A stretch of DNA of 64,000 bases from Escherichia coli O127:H6 str. E2348/69 (lineage in GTDB: Bacteria > Pseudomonadota > Gammaproteobacteria > Enterobacterales > Enterobacteriaceae). The position numbers and the translations under genes are program-made. The stretch is from assembly GCF_000026545.1 (NCBI RefSeq), contig NC_011601.1; one strand, given 5' to 3'. The notes under the pieces were generated by a model. That model was not told where the DNA came from. It was given only the letters and a program-made list of their open reading frames with translations, and searched no databases. Below are positions 45,998-61,016 of this stretch, one piece after another (position 1 is the stretch's first letter; every line of letters begins with the position of its first letter).

Positions 45998-46416
45998 CAA
46001 ACAATTCCTCGGAAAAGAGCTGATGCCCTGGACAGCGCGGCGTTGTTCACGGGAGGCGTGATACACTCTGGCTATCGCGGGGCTTGCAGAACACAAAAAT
46101 GAAACACTCTGTTTGTTTCATGAATTTTGTGAACTATATCACAATTGGTTGTTTGTTAGCCAGATTAGGCCGTGACTTTTATTGCCGTACAGATTATGTG
46201 TTTTTTCAGCGGCATTAAGGGTATATCTTTCCGCCGCCTCTGCATTCCTGAAGGTGATTAATTTTTAAGATCAATGAATTATCGTCATCCTGGTGACGAT
46301 TAAAAAGGTCTCAATTTTATATCAGGCAAAAGTGCTATTTATACCGTAAGATTTATCTAAAGACGTCGGTAGCCAGGGTTTCACCTTGCAATAACCGGGT
46401 ATAAACAGGCAGGGAA

Positions 46417-47979
46417 TTGATAGCAATGAGTCATCGTGCACGACACCAATTACTGGCGTTTCCGGGCATTATCTTTTTAGTTCTCTTTCCCATCATTCTG
46501 TCGCTATGGATTGCCTTCTTTTGGGCAAAATCAGAAGTGAATAATCAGCTCCGAATCTTTGCTCAGCTGGCGTTGGATAAATCTGAGCTGGTCATTCGTC
46601 AGGCAGATTTAGTGAGCGATGCAGCTGAACGCTATCAGGGGCAAGTTTGCACTCCAGCCCATCAAAAGCGAATGTTGAATATTATTCGTGGCTATCTTTA
46701 TATTAATGAATTGATTTATGCTCGTGATAACCATTTTTTATGCTCATCGCTGATAGCGTCTGTAAATGGCTATACGATTGCACCGGCCGATTATAAGCGC
46801 GAACCTAACGTTTCTATCTATTATTACCGTGATACGCCTTTTTTCTCTGGCTATAAAATGACCTACATGCAGCGGGGAAATTATGTGGCGGTTATCAACC
46901 CTCTCTTCTGGAGTGAAGTGATGTCTGATGATCCGACATTGCAATGGGGTGTGTATGATACGGTGACGAAAACCTTTTTCTCGTTAAGCAACGAGGCCTC
47001 GGCAGCAACGTTTTCTCCGCTGATTCATTTGAATGATTTAACCGTACAACGAAATGGCTATTTATATGCGACAGTTTATTCGACAAAACGCCCAATTGCA
47101 GCCATTGTTGCGACTTCATATCAACGTCTTATAACTCATTTTTATAATCATCTTATTTTTGCGTTGCCCGCCGGTATTTTGGGGAGTCTTGTTCTGCTAT
47201 TACTCTGGCTACGTATTCGACAAAACTATTTGTCTCCCAAACGCAAATTGCAACGCGCCCTCGAAAAACATCAACTTTGCCTTTATTACCAGCCAATAAT
47301 CGATATCAAAACAGAAAAATGTATCGGCGCTGAAGCGTTGTTACGTTGGCCTGGTGAGCAGGGGCAAGTAATGAATCCGGCAGAGTTTATTCCGCTGGCA
47401 GAAAAGGAGGGGATGATCGAACAGGTAACTGATTATGTTATTGATAATGTCTTCCGTGATTTGGGCGCGTATCTGGCAACACATACCGATCGCTATGTTT
47501 CTATTAACCTGTCAGCCTCCGATTTTCATACCTCACGGTTGATAGCGCGAACCAATCAGAAAACAGAGCAACATGCGGTGCGCCCGCAGCAAATTAAATT
47601 TGAAGTGACTGAACATGCATTTCTTGATGTCGACAAAATGACGCCGATTATTCTGGCTTTCCGCAAGGCCGGTTACGAAGTGGCAATTGATGATTTTGGT
47701 ATTGGCTACTCTAACTTGCATAACCTTAAATCATTGAATGTCGATATTTTGAAAATCGATAAATCGTTTGTTGAGACGCTGACCACCCACAAAACCAGTC
47801 ATTTGATTGCGGAACACATCATCGAGCTGGCGCACAGCCTGGGATTAAAAACGATCGCTGAAGGTGTCGAAACTGAGGCGCAGGTTAACTGGCTGCGCAA
47901 ACACGGCGTGCGCTATTGCCAGGGATGGTTTTTTGCGAAGGCGATGCCGCCGCAGGTGTTTATGCAATGGATGGGGTAA
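46417..47979 (+). CDS. pdeC: membrane-anchored EAL-domain c-di-GMP phosphodiesterase (PdeC/YjcC); start within the first few codons uncertain
   Basis: N-terminal TM-flanked periplasmic domain and C-terminal EAL domain (EALLRW, QPIIDI). Confidence 0.85.
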
Positions 47980-48014
47980 TTACCCGCGCGGGAGTTAACG
48001 CGCGGGCAATAAAA

Positions 48015-48338
48015 CTACAGGCGGTGGCGATAATCGCTGGGAGTGCGATCAAACTGCCGACGGAAAACGCGGGAGAAGGTCTGCTGAGAGACATAACCCA
48101 GGTCCATTGCGATATCAAAAATCGGACGCTCGGTGGTGCGCAACTCAACGGCGGCCAGTAACAGACGGCGCTGGCGAATGTAATCGCCAAGCGTCTGATG
48201 CGTCACCGTGCGGAACATCCGTTGCAAGTACCACTTTGAATAGCCAGATTTTTTTGCGACGACATCAATGTTAAGCGGCTGGTCAATATGCTCGTCAATC
48301 CATGCGATAAGATCCTGAATAATTTTCTGATGGGACAT
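48015..48338 (-). CDS. soxS: AraC-family superoxide-response activator SoxS (107 aa)
   Basis: Translation matches SoxS. Confidence 0.95.
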   Translation of the reverse strand: MSHQKIIQDLIAWIDEHIDQPLNIDVVAKKSGYSKWYLQRMFRTVTHQTLGDYIRQRRLLLAAVELRTTERPIFDIAMDLGYVSQQTFSRVFRRQFDRTPSDYRHRL

Positions 48339-48394
48339 AAATCTGCCTCTTTTCAGTGTTCAGTTCGTTAATTCATCTGTTGGGGAGTATAATT

Positions 48395-48412
48395 CCTCAA
48401 GTTAACTTGAGG
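48395..48412. promoter_or_regulatory. SoxR operator (palindrome in the soxS promoter spacer)
   Basis: Perfect palindrome CCTCAAGTTAACTTGAGG between divergent soxS and soxR. Confidence 0.8.
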
Positions 48413-48423
48413 TAAAGCGATTT

Positions 48424-48888
48424 ATGGAAAAGAAATTACCCCGCATTAAAGCGCTGCTAACCCCCGGCGAAGTGGCGAAACGCAGCGGTGTGGCGGTATC
48501 GGCGCTGCATTTCTATGAAAGCAAAGGGTTGATTACCAGTATCCGTAATAGCGGCAATCAGCGGCGATATAAACGTGATGTGTTGCGATATGTCGCAATT
48601 ATCAAAATTGCTCAGCGTATTGGCATTCCGCTCGCAACCATTCGTGAAGCGTTTGGCGTGTTGCCAGAAGGGCATACGTTAAGTGCGAAAGAGTGGAAAC
48701 AGCTTTCGTCCCAATGGCGAGAAGAGTTGGATCGGCGCATTCATACCTTAGTGGCGCTGCGTGACGAACTGGATGGATGTATTGGTTGTGGCTGCCTTTC
48801 GCGCAGTGATTGCCCGTTGCGTAACCCGGGCGACCGATTAGGAGAAGAAGGTACCGGCGCACGCTTACTGGAAGATGAACAAAACTAA
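48424..48888 (+). CDS. soxR: MerR-family redox sensor SoxR (154 aa)
   Basis: Translation matches SoxR including the C-terminal [2Fe-2S] cysteine cluster [12 protein letters not shown]. Confidence 0.95.
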   Translation: MEKKLPRIKALLTPGEVAKRSGVAVSALHFYESKGLITSIRNSGNQRRYKRDVLRYVAIIKIAQRIGIPLATIREAFGVLPEGHTLSAKEWKQLSSQWREELDRRIHTLVALRDELDGCIGCGCLSRSDCPLRNPGDRLGEEGTGARLLEDEQN

Positions 48889-49434
48889 AGCGCCACAAGG
48901 GCGCTTTAGTTTGTTTTCCGGTCTTTGTCTTTCTCTCTATCCCGCTGGTACACAGGAGGGTTTCCCCCGACGTCAACACACCTCATTCGAGCACGTGGTG
49001 GAGGTTCCGGTTGGTGTTGATGCTTTAATTGTATGTTACCGGCGTTTCTTCGCCAGTGTAAAAGTACACTTTTTAGCCGCAATATTTTTGTCATCTCAGA
49101 CGATTTTTTATCGCAATCCTGAACGGTATACGGCTCGATAACGCTGCAATCTTGCGCATCGACGATAACGTTTGCGCATCAATTGCCTGGTTTTTCATCG
49201 TCAAGACAATAAAAGAGAAAAAAGCAGCAAACTTCGGTTGAAAAAGCCGCTATGATCGCCGGATAATCGTTTGCTTTTTTTACCACCCGTTTTGTATGCG
49301 CGGAGCTAAACGTTTGCTTTTTTTGCGACGCAGCAAATTGTCGCAAACCTGGAGCAGGAAGATAACGTTTCGCTGGCAGGGGATTGTCCGCCACGCATCT
49401 TGACGAAAATTAAACTCTCAGGGGATGTTTTCTT

Positions 49435-50784
49435 ATGTCTACGCCATCAGCGCGTACCGGCGGTTCACTCGACGCCTGGTTTAAAATTTCACAACGTGGA
49501 AGCACTGTCCGTCAGGAAGTGGTTGCCGGGTTAACAACGTTTCTGGCGATGGTCTACTCGGTTATCGTCGTTCCAGGCATGCTGGGTAAAGCGGGCTTCC
49601 CGCCTGCGGCAGTTTTCGTTGCAACCTGTCTGGTTGCCGGACTCGGTTCTATCGTGATGGGTCTGTGGGCTAATCTGCCGTTGGCGATTGGTTGCGCCAT
49701 CTCTCTGACGGCGTTTACCGCATTCAGTCTGGTGCTGGGGCAACATATTAGCGTACCTGTCGCGCTGGGTGCCGTGTTCCTGATGGGTGTGCTGTTTACG
49801 GTAATTTCTGCCACGGGTATCCGTAGCTGGATTTTGCGCAACTTGCCGCACGGTGTGGCGCACGGCACGGGGATTGGTATCGGTCTGTTCCTGCTGCTGA
49901 TTGCTGCTAATGGTGTCGGTCTGGTGATTAAAAACCCACTTGATGGTCTGCCCGTCGCGCTGGGGGATTTCACGACCTTTCCGGTGATGATGTCGTTGGT
50001 GGGGCTGGCAGTGATTATCGGCCTGGAAAAACTGAAAGTCCCTGGTGGCATTCTGCTGACCATTATCGGTATCTCAATTGTCGGTTTGATCTTCGATCCT
50101 AACGTCCATTTCTCCGGCGTTTTTGCCATGCCTTCATTGAGCGATGAAAACGGCAATTCACTGATTGGCAGCCTGGATATTATGGGCGCGCTGAATCCTG
50201 TAGTCCTGCCAAGCGTTCTGGCGCTGGTGATGACGGCAGTATTTGATGCCACCGGCACTATCCGCGCCGTCGCCGGTCAGGCGAACCTGCTGGATAAAGA
50301 CGGGCAGATCATCGACGGCGGGAAAGCACTGACCACTGACTCCATGAGCAGCGTTTTCTCTGGCCTGGTGGGTGCAGCTCCGGCAGCGGTATACATCGAG
50401 TCTGCGGCGGGTACGGCGGCGGGCGGTAAAACCGGGTTGACGGCTATCACCGTTGGCGTGCTGTTCCTGCTGATTCTGTTCCTCTCTCCGCTCTCTTACC
50501 TCGTTCCGGGGTACGCAACGGCTCCGGCGCTGATGTACGTTGGCCTGCTGATGCTGAGCAACGTGGCGAAAATCGACTTTGCTGATTTTGTTGATGCGAT
50601 GGTGGGTCTGGTTACGGCGGTATTCATCGTGCTGACCTGTAACATCGTAACAGGCATCATGATCGGCTTCGCGACTCTGGTGATTGGTCGTCTGGTTTCC
50701 GGCGAATGGCGCAAGTTGAACATCGGTACGGTCGTTATTGCCGTGGCGCTGGTGACCTTCTATGCGGGTGGCTGGGCTATCTAA
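49435..50784 (+). CDS. ghxP: NCS2-family guanine/hypoxanthine permease (GhxP/YjcD, 449 aa)
   Basis: Translation matches YjcD as remembered. Confidence 0.85.
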   Translation: MSTPSARTGGSLDAWFKISQRGSTVRQEVVAGLTTFLAMVYSVIVVPGMLGKAGFPPAAVFVATCLVAGLGSIVMGLWANLPLAIGCAISLTAFTAFSLVLGQHISVPVALGAVFLMGVLFTVISATGIRSWILRNLPHGVAHGTGIGIGLFLLLIAANGVGLVIKNPLDGLPVALGDFTTFPVMMSLVGLAVIIGLEKLKVPGGILLTIIGISIVGLIFDPNVHFSGVFAMPSLSDENGNSLIGSLDIMGALNPVVLPSVLALVMTAVFDATGTIRAVAGQANLLDKDGQIIDGGKALTTDSMSSVFSGLVGAAPAAVYIESAAGTAAGGKTGLTAITVGVLFLLILFLSPLSYLVPGYATAPALMYVGLLMLSNVAKIDFADFVDAMVGLVTAVFIVLTCNIVTGIMIGFATLVIGRLVSGEWRKLNIGTVVIAVALVTFYAGGWAI

Positions 50785-50934
50785 TCTTACATAGGATTCT
50801 GAAAACGGGTGGCAATGGCTGCCCGTTTTTATTTTCTCCGCACATTGTGTGAGCTTTTGCGATATTCTGAAAAAATGAGAATTCAGGCATAACGCCTTTC
50901 TCAGATCATAAAAAACATCGCAAACAGGGAACGC

Positions 50935-52584
50935 ATGGAAATCTTCTTCACCATACTGATAATGACCCTCGTGGTCTCGCTGTCCGGGGTGGTCACTCGT
51001 GTCATGCCCTTTCAGATCCCGCTTCCGCTTATGCAAATCGCCATCGGTGCGCTACTGGCGTGGCCGACGTTTGGTTTGCATGTGGAGTTTGATCCTGAAC
51101 TCTTTTTAGTCTTGTTTATCCCGCCGTTGCTGTTCGCTGATGGCTGGAAAACGCCGACCCGTGAATTTCTCGAACATGGGCGAGAGATTTTCGGCCTCGC
51201 GCTGGCGCTGGTGGTGGTCACCGTGGTCGGCATTGGCTTCCTTATTTACTGGGTGGTGCCGGGCATTCCGCTGATCCCCGCCTTTGCGCTGGCTGCGGTG
51301 CTTTCTCCGACCGATGCTGTAGCGCTCTCCGGGATTGTTGGCGAGGGGCGCATCCCGAAAAAAATCATGGGCATTTTGCAGGGCGAAGCGTTGATGAATG
51401 ACGCCTCCGGCCTGGTGTCGTTGAAGTTTGCCGTGGCAGTGGCGATGGGGACAATGATCTTCACCGTCGGCGGTGCGACGGTCGAATTTATGAAAGTGGC
51501 AATAGGCGGTATTCTCGCCGGTTTTGTGGTGAGCTGGCTGTATGGTCGCTCGCTGCGATTCCTCAGCCGCTGGGGCGGTGATGAACCCGCGACGCAGATC
51601 GTTCTGCTGTTCTTGCTGCCATTCGCTTCTTATCTGATTGCGGAACATATTGGCGTTTCCGGCATCCTCGCTGCGGTTGCCGCCGGGATGACCATCACCC
51701 GCTCCGGTGTGATGCGCCGTGCGCCGCTGGCAATGCGCCTGCGCGCAAACAGCACCTGGGCGATGCTGGAATTTGTCTTTAACGGCATGGTGTTCCTGCT
51801 GTTAGGTCTGCAGTTGCCGGGGATTCTGGAGACGTCGCTGATGGCGGCAGAAATCGACCCTAACGTCGAAATCTGGATGCTGTTTACCGATATTATTCTG
51901 ATATATGCGGCGCTGATGCTGGTCCGTTTCGGCTGGCTGTGGACGATGAAAAAGTTCAGCAACCGCTTCCTGAAGAAGAAGCCGATGGAGTTTGGTTCGT
52001 GGACTACACGAGAAATCCTGATCGCGTCTTTCGCCGGGGTGCGTGGGGCGATCACTCTGGCCGGTGTGCTCTCTATCCCGCTTCTCTTGCCGGATGGTAA
52101 CGTCTTCCCTGCGCGCTATGAGTTGGTGTTCCTGGCGGCTGGCGTCATTCTCTTCTCGTTGTTTGTCGGCGTGGTGATGTTGCCTATTCTGCTACAACAC
52201 ATAGAAGTCGCGGACCATTCGCAACAATTGAAAGAGGAACGTATTGCACGAGCGGCAACGGCAGAAGTGGCAATTGTGGCGATCCAGAAAATGGAGGAGC
52301 GTTTGGCGGCGGATACCGAAGAGAATATCGATAACCAGCTGCTCACAGAGGTTAGTTCTCGCGTCATTGGTAACCTGCGTCGTCGCGCCGATGGACGTAA
52401 TGATGTAGAAAGTTCAATCCTGGAAGAGAACCTGGAGCGTCGCTTCCGTCTGGCGGCATTGCGTTCTGAACGTGCTGAACTGTACCATCTGCGCGCCACG
52501 CGGGAGATCAGTAACGAAACGCTGCAAAAATTACTGCACGATCTCGATTTGCTTGAAGCGTTGCTGATTGAAGAGAACCAATAA
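50935..52584 (+). CDS. yjcE: CPA1-family Na+/H+ exchanger YjcE (549 aa)
   Basis: Polytopic membrane domain followed by a soluble C-terminal domain; matches YjcE. Confidence 0.9.
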   Translation: MEIFFTILIMTLVVSLSGVVTRVMPFQIPLPLMQIAIGALLAWPTFGLHVEFDPELFLVLFIPPLLFADGWKTPTREFLEHGREIFGLALALVVVTVVGIGFLIYWVVPGIPLIPAFALAAVLSPTDAVALSGIVGEGRIPKKIMGILQGEALMNDASGLVSLKFAVAVAMGTMIFTVGGATVEFMKVAIGGILAGFVVSWLYGRSLRFLSRWGGDEPATQIVLLFLLPFASYLIAEHIGVSGILAAVAAGMTITRSGVMRRAPLAMRLRANSTWAMLEFVFNGMVFLLLGLQLPGILETSLMAAEIDPNVEIWMLFTDIILIYAALMLVRFGWLWTMKKFSNRFLKKKPMEFGSWTTREILIASFAGVRGAITLAGVLSIPLLLPDGNVFPARYELVFLAAGVILFSLFVGVVMLPILLQHIEVADHSQQLKEERIARAATAEVAIVAIQKMEERLAADTEENIDNQLLTEVSSRVIGNLRRRADGRNDVESSILEENLERRFRLAALRSERAELYHLRATREISNETLQKLLHDLDLLEALLIEENQ

Positions 52585-52666
52585 CGCTTTGGCGGTGTAA
52601 TCGGTAAAAAGGTGCAGTACATCGCACCTTTTTACCGTTGGTCAGGTGAGCAGAGGCTAGCGGAGA

Positions 52667-54627
<1,961 letters not shown>

Positions 54628-54708
54628 CACAGATTCTCCAGAGGTAATGTAGGGATTGTTTTAATTCCCGCTCCCTTATGGGAGAAGGTTAACGCTTGGG
54701 TAACCCTT

Positions 54709-54911
54709 GCCGAATGTAGGCCGGATAAGGCGTTATACGCCGCATCCGGCAATCAATGCCGGATGCGACGCTGTCGCGTCTTATCAGGCCTACAGCCGTT
54801 GCCGAATGTAGGCCGGATAAGGCGTTCACGCCGCATCCGGCAACCAGCGCCTGATGCGCCGCTGTCGCGTCTTATCAGGCCTACAAACCGTTACCGACTC
54901 GCATCCGGCAA
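54709..54911. repeat. REP cluster between acs and yjcH (at least four REP units)
   Basis: Alternating GTAGGCCGGATAAGGCG..GCCGCATCCGGCA and GCCTGATGCG..CGTCTTATCAGGCCTACA units. Confidence 0.7.
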
Positions 54912-54918
54912 TTGTGGG

Positions 54919-56877
54919 TTACGATGGCATCGCGATGGCCTGCTTCTCTTCAAGCAGCTTCTCGACTACGCCAGGATCGGCAAGCGTCGAGGTATCGCCC
55001 AGGTTGCTGGTATCGCCCGCCGCAATTTTGCGCAGAATACGGCGCATAATTTTGCCGGAGCGGGTTTTAGGCAGGGAGTCGGTCCAGTGCAGCACGTCTG
55101 GCGTCGCCAGCGGGCCAATCTCTTTACGCACCCAGTTGCGGACTTCTGCGTACAGTTCTGGTGACGGTTCCTCCCCGTGATTAAGCGTGACGTAGGCGTA
55201 GATCGCCTGACCTTTAATATTGTGCGGAATACCGACCACAGCGGCTTCGGCAATTTTCGGATGCGCCACCAGCGCCGACTCAATCTCTGCCGTCCCCAGG
55301 CGGTGACCGGAGACGTTCAGCACGTCGTCAACGCGCCCGGTGATCCAGTAATAGCCATCTTCATCGCGACGCGCGCCGTCGCCGCTGAAATACATATTTT
55401 TGAAGGTGGAGAAGTAGGTCTGCTCAAAACGTTCGTGATCGCCAAACAGCGTACGCGCCTGACCCGGCCAGGAGTCGGTGATCACCAGACTGCCTTCGGT
55501 GGCCCCCTCCAGCGGGTTACCTTCGTTATCGACCAGCGCTGGTTGCACGCCGAAGAACGGACGTGTTGCCGAACCGGCTTTCAGCTCGGTAGCGCCAGGC
55601 AGTGGCGTGATCATGAAACCGCCAGTTTCGGTCTGCCACCAGGTGTCGACCACCGGGCATTTCTCGTTGCCGATCTTCTTCCAGTACCACTCCCACGCTT
55701 CCGGGTTAATTGGCTCGCCCACGGAACCGAGAATGCGCAGCGACGAACGGTCGGTGCCTTCGATCGCTTTATCGCCTTCCGCCATCAGCGCGCGAATCGC
55801 CGTGGGCGCGGTATAGAGAATATTGACCTGATGCTTGTCCACCACTTGCGCCATACGGGCAGGCGTCGGCCAGTTCGGTACGCCTTCAAACATCAGCGTG
55901 GTCGCGCCGCAGGCCAGCGGGCCATACAGCAAATAACTGTGTCCGGTAACCCAGCCCACATCGGCGGTGCACCAGTAGATGTCGCCCGGATGATAATCAA
56001 AGACATATTTAAAGGTCAGCGCCGCGTACACCAGATAACCGCCGGTAGTGTGCAGCACGCCTTTTGGCTTACCGGTAGAACCGGAGGTATAGAGAATAAA
56101 CAGCGGGTCTTCGGCGTTCATCTCTTCCGCCTGGTGCTGATCGCTCGCTTGCTCAACCAGGTCGTGCCACCACAGGTCGCGCCCTTCCTGCCAGTCAATT
56201 TTCCCGCCAGTACGCTTCAGTACCACCACATGCTCTACGCTGGTGACGTTCGGGTTTTTTAGTGCGTCATCGACGTTTTTCTTCAGTGGAATGCTGCGCC
56301 CGGCACGCACACCTTCGTCGGAAGTGATCACCAACCGTGAGTTGGAATCGATAATGCGTCCGGCAACGGCTTCCGGCGAGAAGCCGCCGAAAATTACCGA
56401 ATGCACCGCGCCAATGCGGGCGCAGGCCAGCATCGCGACCGCGGCTTCCGGCACCATCGGCATATAAATCGCCACCACATCACCTTTTTTAATGCCCAGC
56501 TCGAGCAGGGTATTGGCGAAGCGGCAGACGTCGCGGTGCAGCTCTTTATAGCTGATATGTTTGCTCTGGCTGGCGTCGTCGCCTTCCCAGATGATGGCGG
56601 TACGATCGCCGTTTTCTTGCAGATGGCGGTCAAGGCAGTTTGCCGCCAGATTCAGCGTGCCGTCCTCGTACCATTTAATGGACACATTACCGGGGGCAAA
56701 GGAGGTGTTTTTCACCTTCTGGTACGGTGTGATCCAGTCGAGAATTTTTCCCTGTTCGCCCCAGAAGGTATCTGGTGCGTTAATAGATTGTTGATACATC
56801 GCCTCGTACTGCTGAGGGTTTATCAGGCAACGGTCTGCGATGTTGGCAGGAATGGTGTGTTTGTGAATTTGACTCAT
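54919..56877 (-). CDS. acs: acetyl-CoA synthetase Acs (652 aa)
   Basis: Translation matches Acs; AMP-binding motif [11 protein letters not shown]. Confidence 0.95.
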   Translation of the reverse strand: MSQIHKHTIPANIADRCLINPQQYEAMYQQSINAPDTFWGEQGKILDWITPYQKVKNTSFAPGNVSIKWYEDGTLNLAANCLDRHLQENGDRTAIIWEGDDASQSKHISYKELHRDVCRFANTLLELGIKKGDVVAIYMPMVPEAAVAMLACARIGAVHSVIFGGFSPEAVAGRIIDSNSRLVITSDEGVRAGRSIPLKKNVDDALKNPNVTSVEHVVVLKRTGGKIDWQEGRDLWWHDLVEQASDQHQAEEMNAEDPLFILYTSGSTGKPKGVLHTTGGYLVYAALTFKYVFDYHPGDIYWCTADVGWVTGHSYLLYGPLACGATTLMFEGVPNWPTPARMAQVVDKHQVNILYTAPTAIRALMAEGDKAIEGTDRSSLRILGSVGEPINPEAWEWYWKKIGNEKCPVVDTWWQTETGGFMITPLPGATELKAGSATRPFFGVQPALVDNEGNPLEGATEGSLVITDSWPGQARTLFGDHERFEQTYFSTFKNMYFSGDGARRDEDGYYWITGRVDDVLNVSGHRLGTAEIESALVAHPKIAEAAVVGIPHNIKGQAIYAYVTLNHGEEPSPELYAEVRNWVRKEIGPLATPDVLHWTDSLPKTRSGKIMRRILRKIAAGDTSNLGDTSTLADPGVVEKLLEEKQAIAMPS

Positions 56878-57128
56878 GCTTTTGTTCTCCTTGTAGGATG
56901 TTAATAATATGTGGCATAAGCGTTAAATGTAGGGGTATTGGCAGTTTTGTTTAGTATTTGGGCGACAGATCACGCAAAAGTAGAATTGTGCAAATAAACG
57001 GCAGGGTAATTTTTGAAGGTCAGCAACAAAAGTTGATTAATTCTTTGAAGAACATGCAGTTATGCATGCTGTTGAAAAAGAGGAAGATACTGACTAACTC
57101 TAAAGTGGTATTTTACATGCACTTACAA

Positions 57129-57142
57129 TTGATTAAAGACAA
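57129..57142. promoter_or_regulatory. candidate FNR site in the nrfA promoter
   Basis: TTGATTAAAGACAA (TTGAT-N4-half site) upstream of nrfA; nrf operon is known to be FNR-dependent; match to the right half-site is imperfect. Confidence 0.4.
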
Positions 57143-57262
57143 CATTCACAGTGTGGTTATTTGTTACACATAGGGGCGAGCAATGTCATGACAGTGTAGG
57201 TGCGGTTACTGTCGTGAAAAACAATAAAAACCGCCATTGCAACAATGGCGCAATTCGGATGA

Positions 57263-58705
<1,443 letters not shown>

Positions 58706-58749
58706 CCCCGTTCCGCCTCGCAAGGGGCGGAAAACACAATGGAGTGAAT

Positions 58750-59316
58750 ATGAGCGTATTACGTTCGTTATTAACTGCCGGGGTGCTGGCGTCGGGCCTG
58801 TTGTGGAGCCTGAACGGAATTACCGCTACCCCTGCGGCGCAGGCATCTGATGATCGCTACGAAGTTACCCAGCAGCGTAACCCGGATGCCGCCTGTCTGG
58901 ACTGTCATAAGCCAGATACCGAAGGTATGCATGGCAAACATGCTTCTGTTATCAACCCGAATAACAAACTGCCGGTCACCTGCACCAACTGCCACGGTCA
59001 GCCATCACCGCAACACCGCGAAGGGGTGAAAGATGTGATGCGCTTTAACGAGCCGATGTACAAGGTTGGAGAGCAGAACAGCGTCTGTATGTCCTGCCAT
59101 CTGCCGGAACAGTTGCAAAAAGCGTTCTGGCCGCACGATGTCCACGTAACCAAAGTGGCGTGCGCCAGCTGCCATTCCCTGCATCCACAGCAAGATACGA
59201 TGCAGACGTTAAGTGACAAAGGACGGATTAAGATTTGCGTCGATTGCCACAGCGATCAGCGCACCAATCCGAACTTTAACCCGGCGTCTGTTCCGTTGCT
59301 TAAGGAGCAGCCATGA
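58750..59316 (+). CDS. nrfB: pentahaem cytochrome c NrfB (188 aa)
   Basis: Five CxxCH motifs; start at ATG 58750. Confidence 0.9.
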
Positions 59317-59984
59317 CCTGGTCTCGTCGCCAGTTTCTCACCGGCGTCGGCGTGCTGGCAGCCGTCAGCGGCACCGCAGGACGCGTGGTGGCGAAAACGT
59401 TGAATATCAATGGGGTGCGTTACGGCATGGTGCATGACGAGTCGTTATGCATCGGCTGTACCGCCTGTATGGATGCTTGTCGGGAAGTGAACAAGGTGCC
59501 GGAAGGCGTCTCGCGCCTGACGATTATTCGTAGCGAGCCGCAGGGCGAATTTCCTGATGTGAAATATCGCTTCTTCCGTAAGTCTTGCCAGCACTGCGAT
59601 CATGCGCCCTGCGTTGACGTCTGCCCGACCGGTGCGTCTTTTCGCGACGCTGCCAGTGGGATTGTCGATGTTAATCCGGATCTCTGCGTCGGTTGTCAGT
59701 ACTGCATCGCCGCCTGTCCGTACCGCGTGCGCTTTATCCATCCGGTCACGAAGACGGCGGACAAATGCGATTTCTGCCGTAAGACCCATTTGCAGGCCGG
59801 TAAGCTGCCCGCGTGCGTCGAGGCTTGCCCGACGAAGGCGCTGACGTTTGGCAATCTGGACGATCCCAGCAGTGAGATTTCGCAACTGCTGCGCCAGAAG
59901 CCCACTTACCGCTACAAGCTGGCGCTGGGAACCAAACCGAAGCTGTACCGCGTACCGTTTAAATACGGGGAGGTGAGCCAATGA
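59313..59984 (+). CDS. nrfC: 4Fe-4S ferredoxin-type subunit NrfC (223 aa, Tat signal)
   Basis: Twin-arginine motif SRRQFLTG and four CxxCxxCxxxCP clusters. Confidence 0.95.
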
Positions 59985-60937
59985 CGCAGACTTCCGCATT
60001 TCATTTTGAATCGCTGGTGTGGGACTGGCCGATTGCCATCTACCTGTTTTTGATTGGTATTTCTGCCGGTCTGGTGACGCTGGCCGTGCTGTTACGTCGT
60101 GTCTACCCGCAGGCGGGCGGTGCAGACAGTACGTTGTTGCGCACCACGCTGATTGTCGGGCCTGGCGCGGTGATCCTCGGTCTGTTGATCCTCGTCTTCC
60201 ACCTGACAAGACCGTGGACCTTCTGGAAGCTGATGTTCCACTACAGTTTTACCTCGGTGATGTCGATGGGGGTGATGCTGTTTCAGCTTTACATGGTGGT
60301 GCTGGTGCTGTGGCTGGCGAAAATCTTTGAACATGATTTGCTTGCCCTGCAACAACGCTGGTTGCCGAAGCTGGGGATCGTGCAAAAGGTCTTGAGCCTG
60401 CTGACGCCCGTTCATCGCGGACTGGAAACATTGATGCTGGTGCTGGCGGTGTTGCTGGGGGCTTATACCGGCTTTCTGCTGTCGGCGCTGAAATCGTATC
60501 CGTTCCTCAATAACCCGATCCTGCCGGTGCTGTTCCTCTTCTCCGGCATCTCGTCTGGTGCGGCGGTGGCGCTGATCGCCATGGCGATACGCCAACGCAG
60601 TAACCCGCATTCCACGGAAGCGCACTTTGTACACCGTATGGAAATCCCCGTGGTATGGGGTGAAATCTTCTTGCTGGTGGCGTTTTTTGTCGGTCTGGCG
60701 CTGGGCGATGACGGTAAAGTGCGTGCGCTGGTGGCGGCATTGGGCGGCGGTTTCTGGACGTGGTGGTTCTGGCTTGGTGTCGCCGGGCTGGGGCTGATTG
60801 TGCCAATGTTGCTCAAACCGTGGGTCAATCGCAGTTCCGGCATTCCTGCCGTGCTGGCTGCGTGTGGGGCCAGCCTGGTCGGCGTGTTGATGCTGCGCTT
60901 TTTCATTCTCTACGCCGGGCAGTTAACGGTGGCGTAA
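59981..60937 (+). CDS. nrfD: quinol-oxidising membrane subunit NrfD (318 aa)
   Basis: Polytopic membrane protein, translation matches NrfD. Confidence 0.95.
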   Translation: MTQTSAFHFESLVWDWPIAIYLFLIGISAGLVTLAVLLRRVYPQAGGADSTLLRTTLIVGPGAVILGLLILVFHLTRPWTFWKLMFHYSFTSVMSMGVMLFQLYMVVLVLWLAKIFEHDLLALQQRWLPKLGIVQKVLSLLTPVHRGLETLMLVLAVLLGAYTGFLLSALKSYPFLNNPILPVLFLFSGISSGAAVALIAMAIRQRSNPHSTEAHFVHRMEIPVVWGEIFLLVAFFVGLALGDDGKVRALVAALGGGFWTWWFWLGVAGLGLIVPMLLKPWVNRSSGIPAVLAACGASLVGVLMLRFFILYAGQLTVA

Positions 60938-61016
60938 GCCAGAACAGAGGTGGTTTCTGGACGTATTCCTTCCTGAAGTCGGTTTTCTGGCGTTGTTGTT
61001 AAGTCTCGGGGTCAAC

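Noticed and set aside
47977-48022. Possible premature stop truncating pdeC, because the frame continues LPARELTRGQ after the TAA
   Set aside because: The downstream segment is a perfect GC palindrome (CCCGCGCGG..CCGCGCGGG) that reads more naturally as an intergenic hairpin between pdeC and soxS; I cannot reconstruct the K-12 C-terminus reliably enough to call a truncation.
48889-49434. Possible small RNA in the 545-bp soxR-ghxP intergenic region (K-12 has RyjA here as I recall)
   Set aside because: I can see the soxR terminator hairpin (48887-48907) but cannot delimit an sRNA from sequence alone, so it is not reported as a feature.
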